64,000 nt of DNA from Octopus vulgaris (Eukaryota). Where the stretch lies: the NCBI GenBank assembly GCA_951406725.2, contig OX597820.1:123752001-123816000 (forward strand). Reading direction: 5' to 3'. A program made the position numbers and the translations under genes. Below are positions 40,970-53,800 of the stretch, piece after piece. The notes under the pieces were generated by a model, which saw only the letters and a list, made by a program, of their open reading frames with translations, did no database searches and was not told the DNA's origin. Numbering within the stretch: the first letter of the stretch is position 1; each line of letters opens with the position of its first letter.

Positions 40970-41400
40970 AATCTACGGGAAACTGTAGGTTTCGACGAGG
41001 ATGAAATCGCCGGTCTTTTTTTAAGGACTTTCGGGCCTCGTACTATCATGGAAAAATTCCAAAAATCTCTGGTCTGTCAATGCTACTGGGGAGCTTTCGA
41101 CTTCGAGCTAAATTCTACAGGCATAGAAGCGCTGTCAGGTGTAATATTCAAGATGTGCGCAGGGCGATGAAACCGTTCTGCATACACTCTTGTTGTGTCC
41201 GAGTATTGCTAAGTTGTGGAGTTACATCAAATCGTTATAACAGCTATGTTATCACGGGAGAAATGAATCCGACTGGTGGCCGGATCAATCATGAGGAATG
41301 GCATTACTTTGAGTATGCGCCTGTATATTTGAGAGTAGGAGAGGGGATTCGTATCTTTGGTGGTCAGGATTATTCCAGATTTTTGAGGTTTCTTGATTGG
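40970..41400 (+). mobile_element. Tx1/L1-type ORF2 C-terminal zinc-finger (zf-RVT) fragment
   Basis: TFGPRTIMEKFQKSLVCQCYWGA and RCAQGDETVLHTLLLCPSIAKLWSYI (~41150-41228). Confidence 0.65.
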
Positions 41401-41623
41401 TCCTAGTTGGAGCTTCTCCTGTCTCAGGAGGACTGTATATCATTCATGCTATTATATTGTATACTATGTACACTTACATCGCATTTCACTTCTTTTTTCT
41501 ATTTCTTTCTCCTCCCCCTTTATAAAAATACTCACACAAAATGCTTGCCTTCCTTTTGATGTTCCTGTCACGTGTGGCTTATAAAGGAAGTTGTTATTAC
41601 CACCATTCTTATTATTTTAGGAT

Positions 41624-41718
41624 TCCTCGGTAGCGCAGTAGCCAGCATGCCAGTCTCATAAACAAGGAGAGGAAGTTGAGGAATCTGGAGGTCGCGAGTC
41701 CGATCCTCACCTGAGGCA
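41624..41718 (+). tRNA. tRNA-Met: Intron-containing elongator tRNA-Met(CAT), probably a pseudogene
   Basis: Body closely matches eukaryotic elongator tRNA-Met. Anticodon CAT at 41657-41659; 22-nt insert at the canonical 37/38 position (41661-41682); TTTT terminator at 41723-41726. Mismatches in the acceptor, D and T arms. Confidence 0.8.
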
Positions 41719-41728
41719 CATATTTTAA

Positions 41729-41937
41729 GGCGGCGAGCTGGCAGAATCGTTAGCATGCTGGATGAATTTCTAAGCAGTTTTACGCCCTTCGCTACGTTCT
41801 GAGTTCAAATTCCGCCGAGGTCGACTATGCCTTTGTTCGTCTTGGGGTCGATAAATTAAGTACCAGGGAAACACTTGCCATGATGTAATCGACTGACCCC
41901 TCACACTAAATTTTAAGCCTTGTGGCATCCCTTTATA

Positions 41938-41987
<50 letters not shown>
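41729..41987 (+). mobile_element. SINE family A ((ATT)n-tail variant)
   Basis: GGCGGCGAGCTGGCAGAATCGTTAGC...GAGTTCAAATTCCGCCGAGGTCGAC...GGGGTCGATAAATTAAGTACCAG, ending in (ATT)n. Confidence 0.85.
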
Positions 41988-42242
41988 GTTATTTCAATTT
42001 TGTTTCCATTTCTTGCTGTATATCATCCCTACACCTACGGCAAAGAAACTAATTTTATGCATTGATAATCCATTAAAATAAACACACCTGCTTGTTCATT
42101 TACGAAATTCAATGCTAAGATGAAGCATCGTTCTCTGCCTTTATCCCGAAAATTCGTAGCTACTAATTGTTGTGCTTCTGGCTAATATCACCATGCTATG
42201 AGTTGTGCCTCTGGTCAACATCAACTTGTTTGCTATGACTTG

Positions 42243-42340
42243 TTCTTCTTCTTTTTCTTCTTCCTCTTCCTCTTCTTCTTCTTCTTCTCTTCCTACTTCT
42301 CCTTCGTCCTCTTCTTCTTCTTCTTCTTCTTCTTCTTCTT
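42243..42340. repeat. (CTT)n microsatellite
   Basis: Direct reading of the sequence. Confidence 0.9.
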
Positions 42341-43189
42341 TCCTTGTGTTGATAGCCTCTGTCTATCTATAACATTACAGGTGATATCCCAATGTACTCA
42401 CAACAATGATTGTGTGTCACTCTAGTTGTGCTGATTATATGATTACATATGAAAGAAAATGAAAGCAAATCGACCATACGACTTAAACAAGAGGCGCCGA
42501 ATACAAATATGAGAATTTCCATACCGCTAAGTCCAAATAACATCAAATAAGCCTAACTAGTGAGAGCGTAATGGATTAAAGCAAAATACTTAGGATTTAT
42601 AAACATGTTCCTTACTGCCAAACTAAACTCTTCTGGTAATAGCTCGGAATCTACTTACCGAAACTGGTGCGTTTTGCTCCGAAACGATTCGCATAGAATA
42701 TCAAATAAGGAAGACACAAAGTAATTGAACAAGAGCTGAATAAGTTTAACTGCGCAGGTAAATAAGAGATTATGATAAATTAAGTTAGTATAGTACATCC
42801 CACATAACAGAATAATTTATTTGAGATATCGTAGTAAATCGTTGTCTTAAAGAAATTACTTAATTGCTGGTAAATGTATTCATACATGCGATAAACAATA
42901 TCAGTGATTGAACATTTTTCTCTATTTTACAAACTGCAATATAATACCTTTAGAGATTCGTAATATAATTTTTAATCTGTAAGTCTCAATGATTTATCGG
43001 TTTCGTTTTTCTGGTTCTGTCTTGTTTTGAATCAATGAAGTTTATAACGTATTTGCTTAACTTTAAAACGACGAGTCCATACGATCTGTTATTTGATTTT
43101 CAAAATTTGGTTTACATATTATATGATAGAGTCCTGTTGCATATAATGTAGGTGTATTACTCATTTTATTTCTAAAGAATTTTCTTCGA

Positions 43190-43578
43190 CTTATTTACTC
43201 TTTTACTTGTTTCAGTCATTTGACGCTGGCCATGCTGGAGTACCGCCTTTAGATGAGAAAATCGACCCCAGGACTTATTCTTTGTAAGCCTAGTACTTAT
43301 TCTATCGGTCTCTTGTGCCGAACCGCTAAGTGGCGGAGACGTAAACACACCAGCATCGGTTGTCAAGCGATGTTGGGGGGGGGGGGACAAACACAGACAC
43401 ACAAACACATATATCCGACGAGCTTCTTTCAGTTTCCGTCTACCAAATCCACTCACAAGGCTTTGGTCGGCCCAAGGCTATAGTAGAAGACAATTGCCCA
43501 ATGTGCCACGCAGTGGGACTGAACCCGGGACCATTTGGTTGGTAAGCAAGCTACTTACCACACAGCCACTCCTACGCC
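43190..43578 (-). mobile_element. SINE family B, full length
   Basis: Homologous to 32940-33362. Candidate TSD TTTCTTC at 43181-43187 and 43579-43585. Confidence 0.9.
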
Positions 43579-44104
43579 TTTCTTCATATCTCACAAATAA
43601 CAAAATTTAAGGTCCCATTACTCCCTAGTGGGCCACACACATATGTTTTAGTAGCCCAGTCAAGGAGAAAGACCTATACTGTAGGAAGAAAATTACCTCA
43701 TTATACACGCTAGTCGATGCTACCCAGTTTCGCAGCCACTGTAAGACGATTGTACAAACAGGAAATGAATCTTTTGCGAAATACGCAGTGGCAAGTATCT
43801 CGAAACTAAAGCTAATCCTGAGGTTTTTAGGGAAAAGGACCTGCACCACTTTTGTTGTGTTCTTTCCTCCATTTCTCAAATATGACAGTTTTTCGGCTAA
43901 ATGTTTGTAGGAAGTGTTCCAGATTGGTTGCAGTTCAATGATTAAACAAATATAAGAATAAAAGCATAATAGCTAAACCTATAAATGTAATTAACAGCGA
44001 AACAATTAAAGAATAAATTATCTTTGATCTTGTCCGGTGTTTGAAACCTTTTACTATATGAGATTTGAACGAGGAAGTTTAATACATATAGAGATCCAGC
44101 ATAC

Positions 44105-44338
44105 CTATTTCTTTACTACCCACTAGGGGCTAAACACAGAGGAGACAAACAAGGACAGGCAGACGAATTAAGTCGAGTACATCGACCCCAGTGCGAAACT
44201 GGTACTTAATTTATCGACATGGATAGGATGAAAAGCAAAGTCAACCTCGGCGGAATTTGAACTTATAACGTAACGGCAGACGAAATACGGCTACGCATTT
44301 CGCCCGGCGTGCTAACGTTTCTGCCAGCCTCGCCGCCA
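44105..44338 (-). mobile_element. SINE family A, full length
   Basis: Homologous to 5641-5870. 13-bp TSD AGATCCAGCATAC at 44092-44104 and 44342-44354. Confidence 0.9.
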
Positions 44339-44969
44339 TAAAGATCCAGCATACAGTGTCAGTATTTCTGTTTCCCGTTTGCAACCGAGTTGACTAAGTA
44401 CTTGGATTCTGCTGTTCACGCGTTAATGTGCGATAACTTTGGTGCGCAGCTTTGGAATTATTTCTTTGAAGATAAACATCGACACACGTAGAAATAGATA
44501 AATTCACATACGTACAAAACACACACACACACACACATACACACATTCACACATACATACGCGTTTAGCTCTTTTATTCGGTGGAAGTTGCCAAAAAGAT
44601 TGGAAGGTGACAAAAAGATTGGTAAGCATGGCACTTAACTACCAAAACAAAAACAGAAAGGAAAACATGAGGATAGTTTAGATAAGTGACATACACTTTC
44701 TATCAATTAAAATTTTTTAAGGTATATATAGTCATCCAGTATACGCAACTGAAACAGTATTTGATTAAGATAGTCATCTGAGTGTCACATTTAATGGATA
44801 CAGATTGTCGATAGACCAGTTGCTGCACTATTCATCCTGAGATTATATCTCTTGTCGATAGCTCATTAACATAACCCATCCATAATAGATGCTACTTAGC
44901 ACAAATACCAAAGTAAAGACATCGTGTGTACATTAGACTTACATAGATACATAATACATACATACATAC

Positions 44970-45045
<76 letters not shown>

Positions 45046-45262
45046 TATATATATAAGATTGGCCGACATTTTAAAACTGATGTAATACTTACGGGGTTTA
45101 ATAAAATGAAGTATCATGAAACGATTGTAATACTCTACCTTGGATATCCTTATTGCTTATTTTGATTAAAATCACCCCATTTGAATTATATGGATAATAC
45201 TATACAACATTCTGGTGCCTTTAACTTAAGTACCATATTCATCTGAATCTAAATTTTGTTGA

Positions 45263-45304
<42 letters not shown>

Positions 45305-45325
45305 TATATGTTATATAATATATAT

Positions 45326-45568
45326 AACATACGCACACATTTGAGGCATTTTTGTAAATCAATATTAACAGATATATTTATATATATATGTATGTAAACA
45401 ACGATTTGAAAGAAAGAAATGTGATATTCTCTGACGGATATTGAACCATGTGTGTATCCGTCAGAGAGTATCACATTTCTTTCTTTCAAATCGTTATGTT
45501 TACATACATATATATAAATATATCTGTTAATATTGATTTACAAAATGCCTCAAATGTGTGTGTATGTT
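45326..45568. repeat. Near-perfect inverted repeat, ~115-bp arms with a 14-nt spacer
   Basis: 45326-45440 is the reverse complement of 45455-45568 apart from a few substitutions and indels. Confidence 0.95.
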
Positions 45569-45757
45569 GGATCGTTAGCTCCTCCACGCATTTTTTTCTC
45601 TCCTTGTTTCTTCTCTGTGTATCTTTCTGTCGAAGAGCGTAGGCTCGAAACGTTAAAGACTTGATTTATTTCTATTCCTGAGCGCCATACTAATACAATT
45701 GTTTGTTTGTACTCCACCTGCCTTCGTCTTTTGTTTATTTTCGTAAACCTTCCCGTT
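45569..45757 (+). mobile_element. ~190-bp element with a variant hammerhead-like motif, followed by (TA)n
   Basis: TCTTT-CTGTCGAA-GAGC(GTAG)GCTC-GAAA-CG-TT-AAAGA at 45622-45659; homologous to 27223-27400. Confidence 0.7.
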
Positions 45758-45793
45758 ATATATATACATACATATATATATATATATATATAC

Positions 45794-45867
<74 letters not shown>

Positions 45868-46258
45868 TATATACGAGAGATTCAAAAATTATACACTCTT
45901 GTTTTTTCAATGTATTTACACAAAGGCAGAATATAAACAAGTACGTCACTTTTCTATATAGTCACTTTCCTTTTCGAAGCACTTCGTGCAGCGGTCTACA
46001 AGCTTGCATATTCCCTCGAAGAAGAAAGAGGGAATATGCACTTGTTGCTCGGATTACTGTTCTTTGTTCTTCTTTGGTGCTCATTGTTATTGGAGCGGCC
46101 ATGCTTAGCTTGTGAAACCAGAATGAGAAATGGTGTAATCAGGCTCAAAGTTCAATCACATGAGCACAATAGCTCCAGCTATAAGCACGCATGCGCAGAA
46201 GGCAGTGTGACAATAATAAAGATGTTATGACGAAAGTGCGGATGATTTTTGATTTACA

Positions 46259-46334
<76 letters not shown>

Positions 46335-47361
46335 GCGATTAGAGTTAATGAAATCTAGTCTACATATATGTCATAACTAGAAGAACTACGTAAGTAGTAA
46401 TTATCCCTCGTTTGGTTAATTACTACTTCCGAGATTCTGCTAGCTACGAAACATATGTAACCTGGTTTTTATCTATTCTATTAACTAATTTTGGATTTTT
46501 ATTTACCTACACATCAACCCAGCTGATAACCTTGACCCTATAGGAGAACATTTTTCAGCATATCGGACTTCGATATGAGAAAGGTTTACAACATTCTACC
46601 TCAGTAAACCAATATTGTTCCTGAAATTTGTGTTTTTTTATTCCTTCTACGGAATGCTCGCAGCTTATTAAAGTCCTATACCTTGATCCTTGGAACTTAC
46701 CGTTAAATATCACTATATGAATATACATTCATATGACACCGCAAATAGTTGTTGTTCACAAAGATCTGGAGATATTGTATTCACCTCAATAGACGTCATT
46801 GATTGGTTGAAATTGCCGAAATGCAAGAAATTATACAACAAATAGCTTACAAACTACAGAATTTTCTGTTCAAAAAAATTACTTCCTCTCAAGATGAACA
46901 ATAGTCCAAATCCCGCCCCCGTCAGAGGAAGGGACGCTGCTCAGATACAGAGCCTAAAACGTTTGAATACCATTTGTTTTTCAAAAGAAAATTGTATTTC
47001 AAAAAATTATTTCCCTGCAATAGGAACAACAGTTCAAGTCCCACCGTCGTTTGAGGGTGGGGCGCAGTTCAACAATGCCTACAAAGGCTAAATTTTAAAA
47101 GTTCACCGTTAAAGTATCCAGTCGAATAAACAATTGCCAAATGACTACAGAATTTTGACTATTCGCCGTAGCACCGGAAATACAATTATCCAACATAGCC
47201 TGCAAACAGAGAGCAGTTCTCAATAACAATTTTTCAACAATGAATTTTCAACAAAAGTTTACAATAAATAACAGTTTCAAAAATATTTAAAAAATGACAA
47301 TTCAAAGAGGGCAAAAAAAAAAAAAGGAAAACACGACCGAAGTCTTCAATCGGAATCAAGC

Positions 47362-47785
47362 TTCTTTATTTCATGGAAATTAGCCATAAAGGCCTTACAC
47401 AGAGGGAACATCACACGTTGGGGACAAAAAGCAAAACAAAACGAATGGAATGAATAAAATTATATAATGACGGATGAAAGGAAGTCACTCGGCCCCCACC
47501 TCCGAACGACTCTATTGAACCTGTTACTACACCGTTTGTATTGCCATTTGCATTGACAGTTTACTCTTTTACTCTTTTACTTGTTTACTTGACTGCGGCC
47601 ATGCTGGAGCACCACCTTTATAGTCGAGCAAATCGACCCCAGAGCTTATTCTTTGTAAGCCTAGTACTTATACTATCGGCCCTCTTTGCCGAACCGTTAA
47701 GTTACAGGGACGTAAAAACACCAGCATCGGTTGTCAAGCGATGTTGGGGGACAGACACAAACGCACAAACACAGACACACATATA

Positions 47786-47845
<60 letters not shown>

Positions 47846-49400
47846 AAACGATGAGCTTCTTTCAGTTTCCGTCTACCAAATCTGCTCACAAGTCTTTAGT
47901 CGGACCGAGGCTATAGTAGAAGACACTTGCCCAATGTGCCACGTAGTGGGACTGAACCCGGGACCATGTAGTTGGTAATCAAGCTGCTTATCACTCAGCC
48001 ACTCCTGCGCCTAGTTTATACATCTTTTCAGTTCATTGACAACAGTCATTCCACATATTTTTTTTAATGTCTCTATTATATTTGTTTAAAATGTCGACGT
48101 ACCTTATTCTTTCCGGCATTTTGCAGATGTCATTTTTTTGTTCCACCATTCGCAGTCACAATATTCCATATACTTATTCAACTTCCAGGGATTCTCCGGG
48201 TCTGTCAGCACGTAATAGTTGTTCTGGAGCAAACACCTTACACCTGCTACATCCACCTTACTCCTTCCCACGAATTTACCTCATCATCCAGTTCCTCATC
48301 CTGTCCATTGTACGTCAATACATATTTTTCCTTGTAGTGCCAGACTGGGCATGGGTAGGGTTGGTGTATGTAGGGAGTGGTTGGGGTAGAGTGGGTGTGG
48401 GTGGAGGATGCGGGTTGGTGGACATTCTTTACCACATCTGTCCTCTCTTTGTTTTCTTCTCTGTTATCTCCCAGTTGTCATTTGTCTCTTCTTCCTCGAT
48501 GGTCATGTCCTTTTCCTCCACGGGCTGTGGAGCACTTACCACTCTTTCACTCTCCTCGGCCTTTTCCAGTGGTGGAGGGCATTATGCTCTAATGTGGCCC
48601 TTCAAGCCTCATTTATAACACCGCAGAATTCTTCCCTACACCTTAACTTTCAAGGTAGTTTCACCAACTAGGATACTTTCTATCATCTTTTCCAGGTCCT
48701 TCTTCGTGACCTATACCATCATTACAAGGGTTTGTCCTTTGAAATTTCTTTGGGGCGTTCTGATGGCCTGCAGGACCAACAACGTCTCCTCCATGCTCAG
48801 CAGTATGGCAGCTACCAGCCAGGCTTCTGGTGGTTGGTATTCCACCCGAACCCTGGAAGTACGTCTCCCAAGGTACACGGGTACAAGCACCACCTCGTCT
48901 GTCTTCAGCAGTGTGGCCAAGTACAGACTGGCAGTTGCTATATCCTTAAACTGCACTTCCATATTTTCGTTCCCTGGTGAGGTACATCTCCTGACAGACT
49001 AACCTCGGTGCCTTTTCTACCTGTGCTTTCGACACCACTTCTATTTTCCTTGTTGCTGTAGCGTAGGTTCTACAGACGATCGTCCTTTCTTCCTTGTCCT
49101 TTAGTACTTTTTTGGCGTAGGGGCACCTTCACATCGTTCCTCTCCCTTTCAAGCATTTCCCTAAACTCTCTCAACTCTTCCAGACTCACTTCAAATTTTT
49201 CTCTTGCTGCTGCTGCTGCATAATTCCTCTTCTCCATTTCTTTGTCTATCTTCTTTAAGTATTCAAGTGATTCCTCCTCAGACGAATCACATTATTTGGA
49301 AGAATACCTCGACTATACAAGAGGGAAAACGTCGCTCTGCCAGGACAGCCCCAAAAATACGTGTGTGCCAAACAGATCCAACAATGCAAATCGACAACCA
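47362..49400 (-). mobile_element. ORF1-only Tx1-family element (gag-like ORF1 with CCHC knuckle, LINE-type tail), interrupted by SINE B
   Basis: ORF 48962-48711 contains VLVPVYLGRRTSRVRV...PPEAWLVAAIL. Knuckle CYK*GLKGHIRA*CP at ~48620-48576. Tail CTCTGTGTAAGGCCTTTATGGCTAA...AATAAAGAA at 47406-47362. No endonuclease or RT motifs were seen in between. Confidence 0.6.
47564..48012 (-). mobile_element. SINE family B, full length
   Basis: Homologous to 32940-33362. Candidate TSD AGTTTA at 47558-47563 and 48013-48018. Confidence 0.9.
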
Positions 49401-49441
49401 TAACCTAATCAAGCTCCTTACCACACAACCACTCCTGAGCC

Positions 49442-49671
<230 letters not shown>

Positions 49672-50307
49672 ATGAATATATGTATTTACATTAATAGGGA
49701 GGCGCACACATATGCCTACCAACAAGTACGCATTATCGTTTGGTATCGTTGTATGTGTCTCATCTTGATTTGTCTGGTCTAGCTTTCTACTCTTGTCTAA
49801 ATTTTTCACCTCCTCATGTCGAGCGCAGTATGACAGAATATATGGAGAGTTAGGTATAAATTTGATTAACGATATGACATATCTCCTGGAAACCATAACG
49901 TTAATATGACGTACACCGTCTAGCACAAAATGCCAATGGAAATGTGTAACGTTTTCAGACTAATTGTATTGCTGTTGTGTAAAGGTTTTGATGTGCCTGG
50001 TCACGTTTTCGTCTACTCAGTGAATTTTATCAATTAAATACACTATCAGATAACATTCAGCAATTTCGCCTTGCATTAGACAAGAAAAAATGGAAATAAA
50101 ATAAAATATAACAGCACTCGTGCGGACATAAATTTGTATGAGCAAATAATTATACAGAGATTTAGAAATATTCACATTTCCATACACGTGTCGAAAATTT
50201 ATAACACACAAAACAAACGTAATAAGATTGACTATCCTGCGATTTCCCAGGAGATTTCACTCTCTTCATTTTCGTGTGCTGGAAGGCTGTTTTTACTGCA
50301 ACCATCA

Positions 50308-50803
<496 letters not shown>

Positions 50804-53800
50804 TTTATTGCCTGGTTGTCGCGTCGACTCCCGTAAATTGAGGCACTTTTTCGGTTTTATTTGCGTATCTGTATTTACCTCTGTTAAAAAGGTGCCTAAC
50901 AACTTTTGCGTGGCCTCGATTGAGGCTCTCGCTTGCGAATTCACCCTTTAAGGGTAAATCTTCAAATTTTAAAATCTTATAAATTTATTTCATCTGTCTG
51001 GAAAAATTGACAGTCTTCCTGAGACTGCCCGTTTTCTCATCTTTAAATTAAAACTGGAATTTCCACCATTGCCAACAACGAAAACTTCGAAAAACAATCA
51101 AAATATTGATACACTGTCACAAACACACACACACTCACTTACACATACACACACGTTTGAACAACGACTATACGAATAATGACGAAAGCTTTCCTTCCGA
51201 ACAAGTGGGAAAGGAACGCAGAAACAATGAAAACACTCATAAAACAATGTGCAGTGCAACCACAACTATCACTTCTCCTGTTACCACCACTATCACTTAT
51301 GTCACGAAAACTACTACCACCAACAACAATGTCACAGACAAATGAAATAATTTCGCTTCTGTTTTAAAGCAAAAGAAATATTTAATGTCCTTCTCTACGG
51401 AAGAACTTCTACAATGTAAGCAATAATATACAAAGAAGACAACCATTGAACTGAGTACCCCACAAACCATTTTGCAAGACATCTCTAAAAACATTATTAC
51501 TTACAAAACCCTGAACACAAATAATAAAAGAATAGAACAAGCTACTCACGAAACAGCCGAGGAACGTCTGCAGCCCATATGAACTTTTTAAAAATATATT
51601 GCAAGAGGCAAAAGATTTGTCATGATCGAGTTAAGGCTCGATACGGAGGAACGCGCAAAGGAACACTCGATAAATAGCCTGGAATGCAGGGAATTTATGA
51701 TTCCCACTTACTTCGGTCGTCGGGTGACAAAGGTAAAAATTAAAGATGTGACCCTGAAATATAAATAAGATGGATGCTGTCAGCCATCTGTTATGATTTT
51801 GTGGATCAAATGAACATCTTAGAAATTGCCCTCCTGAATCAGTAAAATTGGATTGTTGATTCAAGCAGATCAGTAGACAATCGAAAATCTCCCAGATTAT
51901 ATTGTTTTTCTCAGTATCTGCCGAGAATGGGCGGAGTTGGTACAGCAGTGCTTTTTCGGAAGAGTCTGGACCTCAAAGTGAGAGCAATATTCTTAGACCC
52001 GAAGCGTAGGCTCGTCATCTTGGATGTCGATGGCAGTAAAAGATTTGCTTTTCGACTGATAACAGTTTATTCACCGTCATTAACAGGTTGGCCGTATTTC
52101 TTTCGACGTCTAGTGGGGGATTGGAACGCTACCTTGGACACGCCTGTAGACTGCATGGTGGTAGAGATACGAAAAGATGGGATGTAAATGCCCTAAAGCC
52201 CTGCTCAGACGTTTCCAACTGTATGACAGGTACTGACTGTACCACCCGATTGTACCAGTGTTGACATGGAGCAACCGAATCGGGTCGTCCAGATCGTATT
52301 TGGATAGAGTTTTCTGTAGGACAGCGGATAGGAATAATGTACGTTGTTCATAATTTCATATACTCAGCTACACAGGTCACAAATTGGTGACTTGTTTTTA
52401 CTTAGATAAGAATCATAGGTAGAGTGCTGGTTACTGGAAAATGAATGTTACTGGAAAATGAAGGCTTACAGAGACTGGATTAGCACCTTAGTTAAGAGGG
52501 CATTGACGGGCGTCATCCTCAACAATAGAAAGCAATTAAAGCAGAATCGATTAGGTAAGGCTCTAGTGATAGATCGAAATAGAATAGAGGGAGGTCCAGT
52601 TAGGAAATTAGAAGAGGCACATAGTAGTGACATCGGGTCCAACGTGCTGCCGCGAGGTTGTCCCACGACCAACACTTCAACACCAAACACGAAGGATACG
52701 TTGTCAGAGATAGGATGCGTGTTCTGATAAACGAAGCAATTGGAGCCGCCCGAGAAGCCTGAGTGGCGGAGGCGCGACGGGGCAACACAGCCACCATTAG
52801 GTCTCTCACAGATGAACAAGGGCGCCAATTACTTGAGCTCGAAAGGATGTGTGAGGCCTTTGCCCGACTGTTCGGGACAACTGGTGGGTCAGCACGCAGG
52901 ATGCACTTTAGTGCCTACCTGTATGGCCTACCATGATTCTCAGGAAGAGAGGCGGAGTTTTGTGAAAGGCCCATCACAGCCGCAGACGTACGGGATGCAA
53001 TGGAAGGCTGCGCAGGAGTCAAGTCGCCAGATTTGGGTGGTCTGCCCTACGAGCTTTATTGTCATATACCACACTTGTTTGGAGGCGTCTTGGCAGACGT
53101 CTACTGCAACTGGCAGCAAAACGGGAGTATCCCCAGTTTTGTGAGCCGATGAGCGGTGGCACTGCTAAAGAAAGATCCAAATAAGGGAAACGTCATACAT
53201 AACTTCAGGCCTATCACTCTGCTCTACGCAGACTTGACGATTTTGGCCAAGGTGCTAGCCGATATGTTGGCGCTAGTCATGGAGGAACTGGTCGACAAGC
53301 GCAAACATGTGCCGTGCCGGGCAGGAGTATCCGTAACAACCTCCGTCTGATACGCTATATCATAGACAGGATAGGTAAGGAACCCGGCATTTGTCGGGCG
53401 CTGATTAATTTGGATGAATCGAAAGCTTTCGATAAGGTCAACCATCGTTATTTACAGGCTGTCCTTATAGCGGCTGGATTCGGTCCCGTCTTCAACGGGA
53501 GGATCACTGCCTTATACAGCGGCATCCACTCGGTAGTTCGCGTAAATGGTCATGTATCCAGACCATTTAACATCACGCATTCGGTCCGTCAAGGATGCCC
53601 CCTCTCGTCGCTTCTGTATTTATTGACTCTAGAGCCAACACTGCGGAAACTAACTAGGCTGTGGGGCATCCCGCGTGAACGGTGATGAGGGAGAGGCGTG
53701 TCTGCATACGCGAACGATATCACCGTGATAGTGTTGAGCCACAATCACATCGACCTGGTCGGCGAGACACTAAAAGAATTCGAAGCGGTAACGAGAACGA

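Noticed and set aside
46700-47340. Repeat-like segment, possibly a non-autonomous DNA element
   Set aside because: No termini, TSD or second copy in the window to define it.
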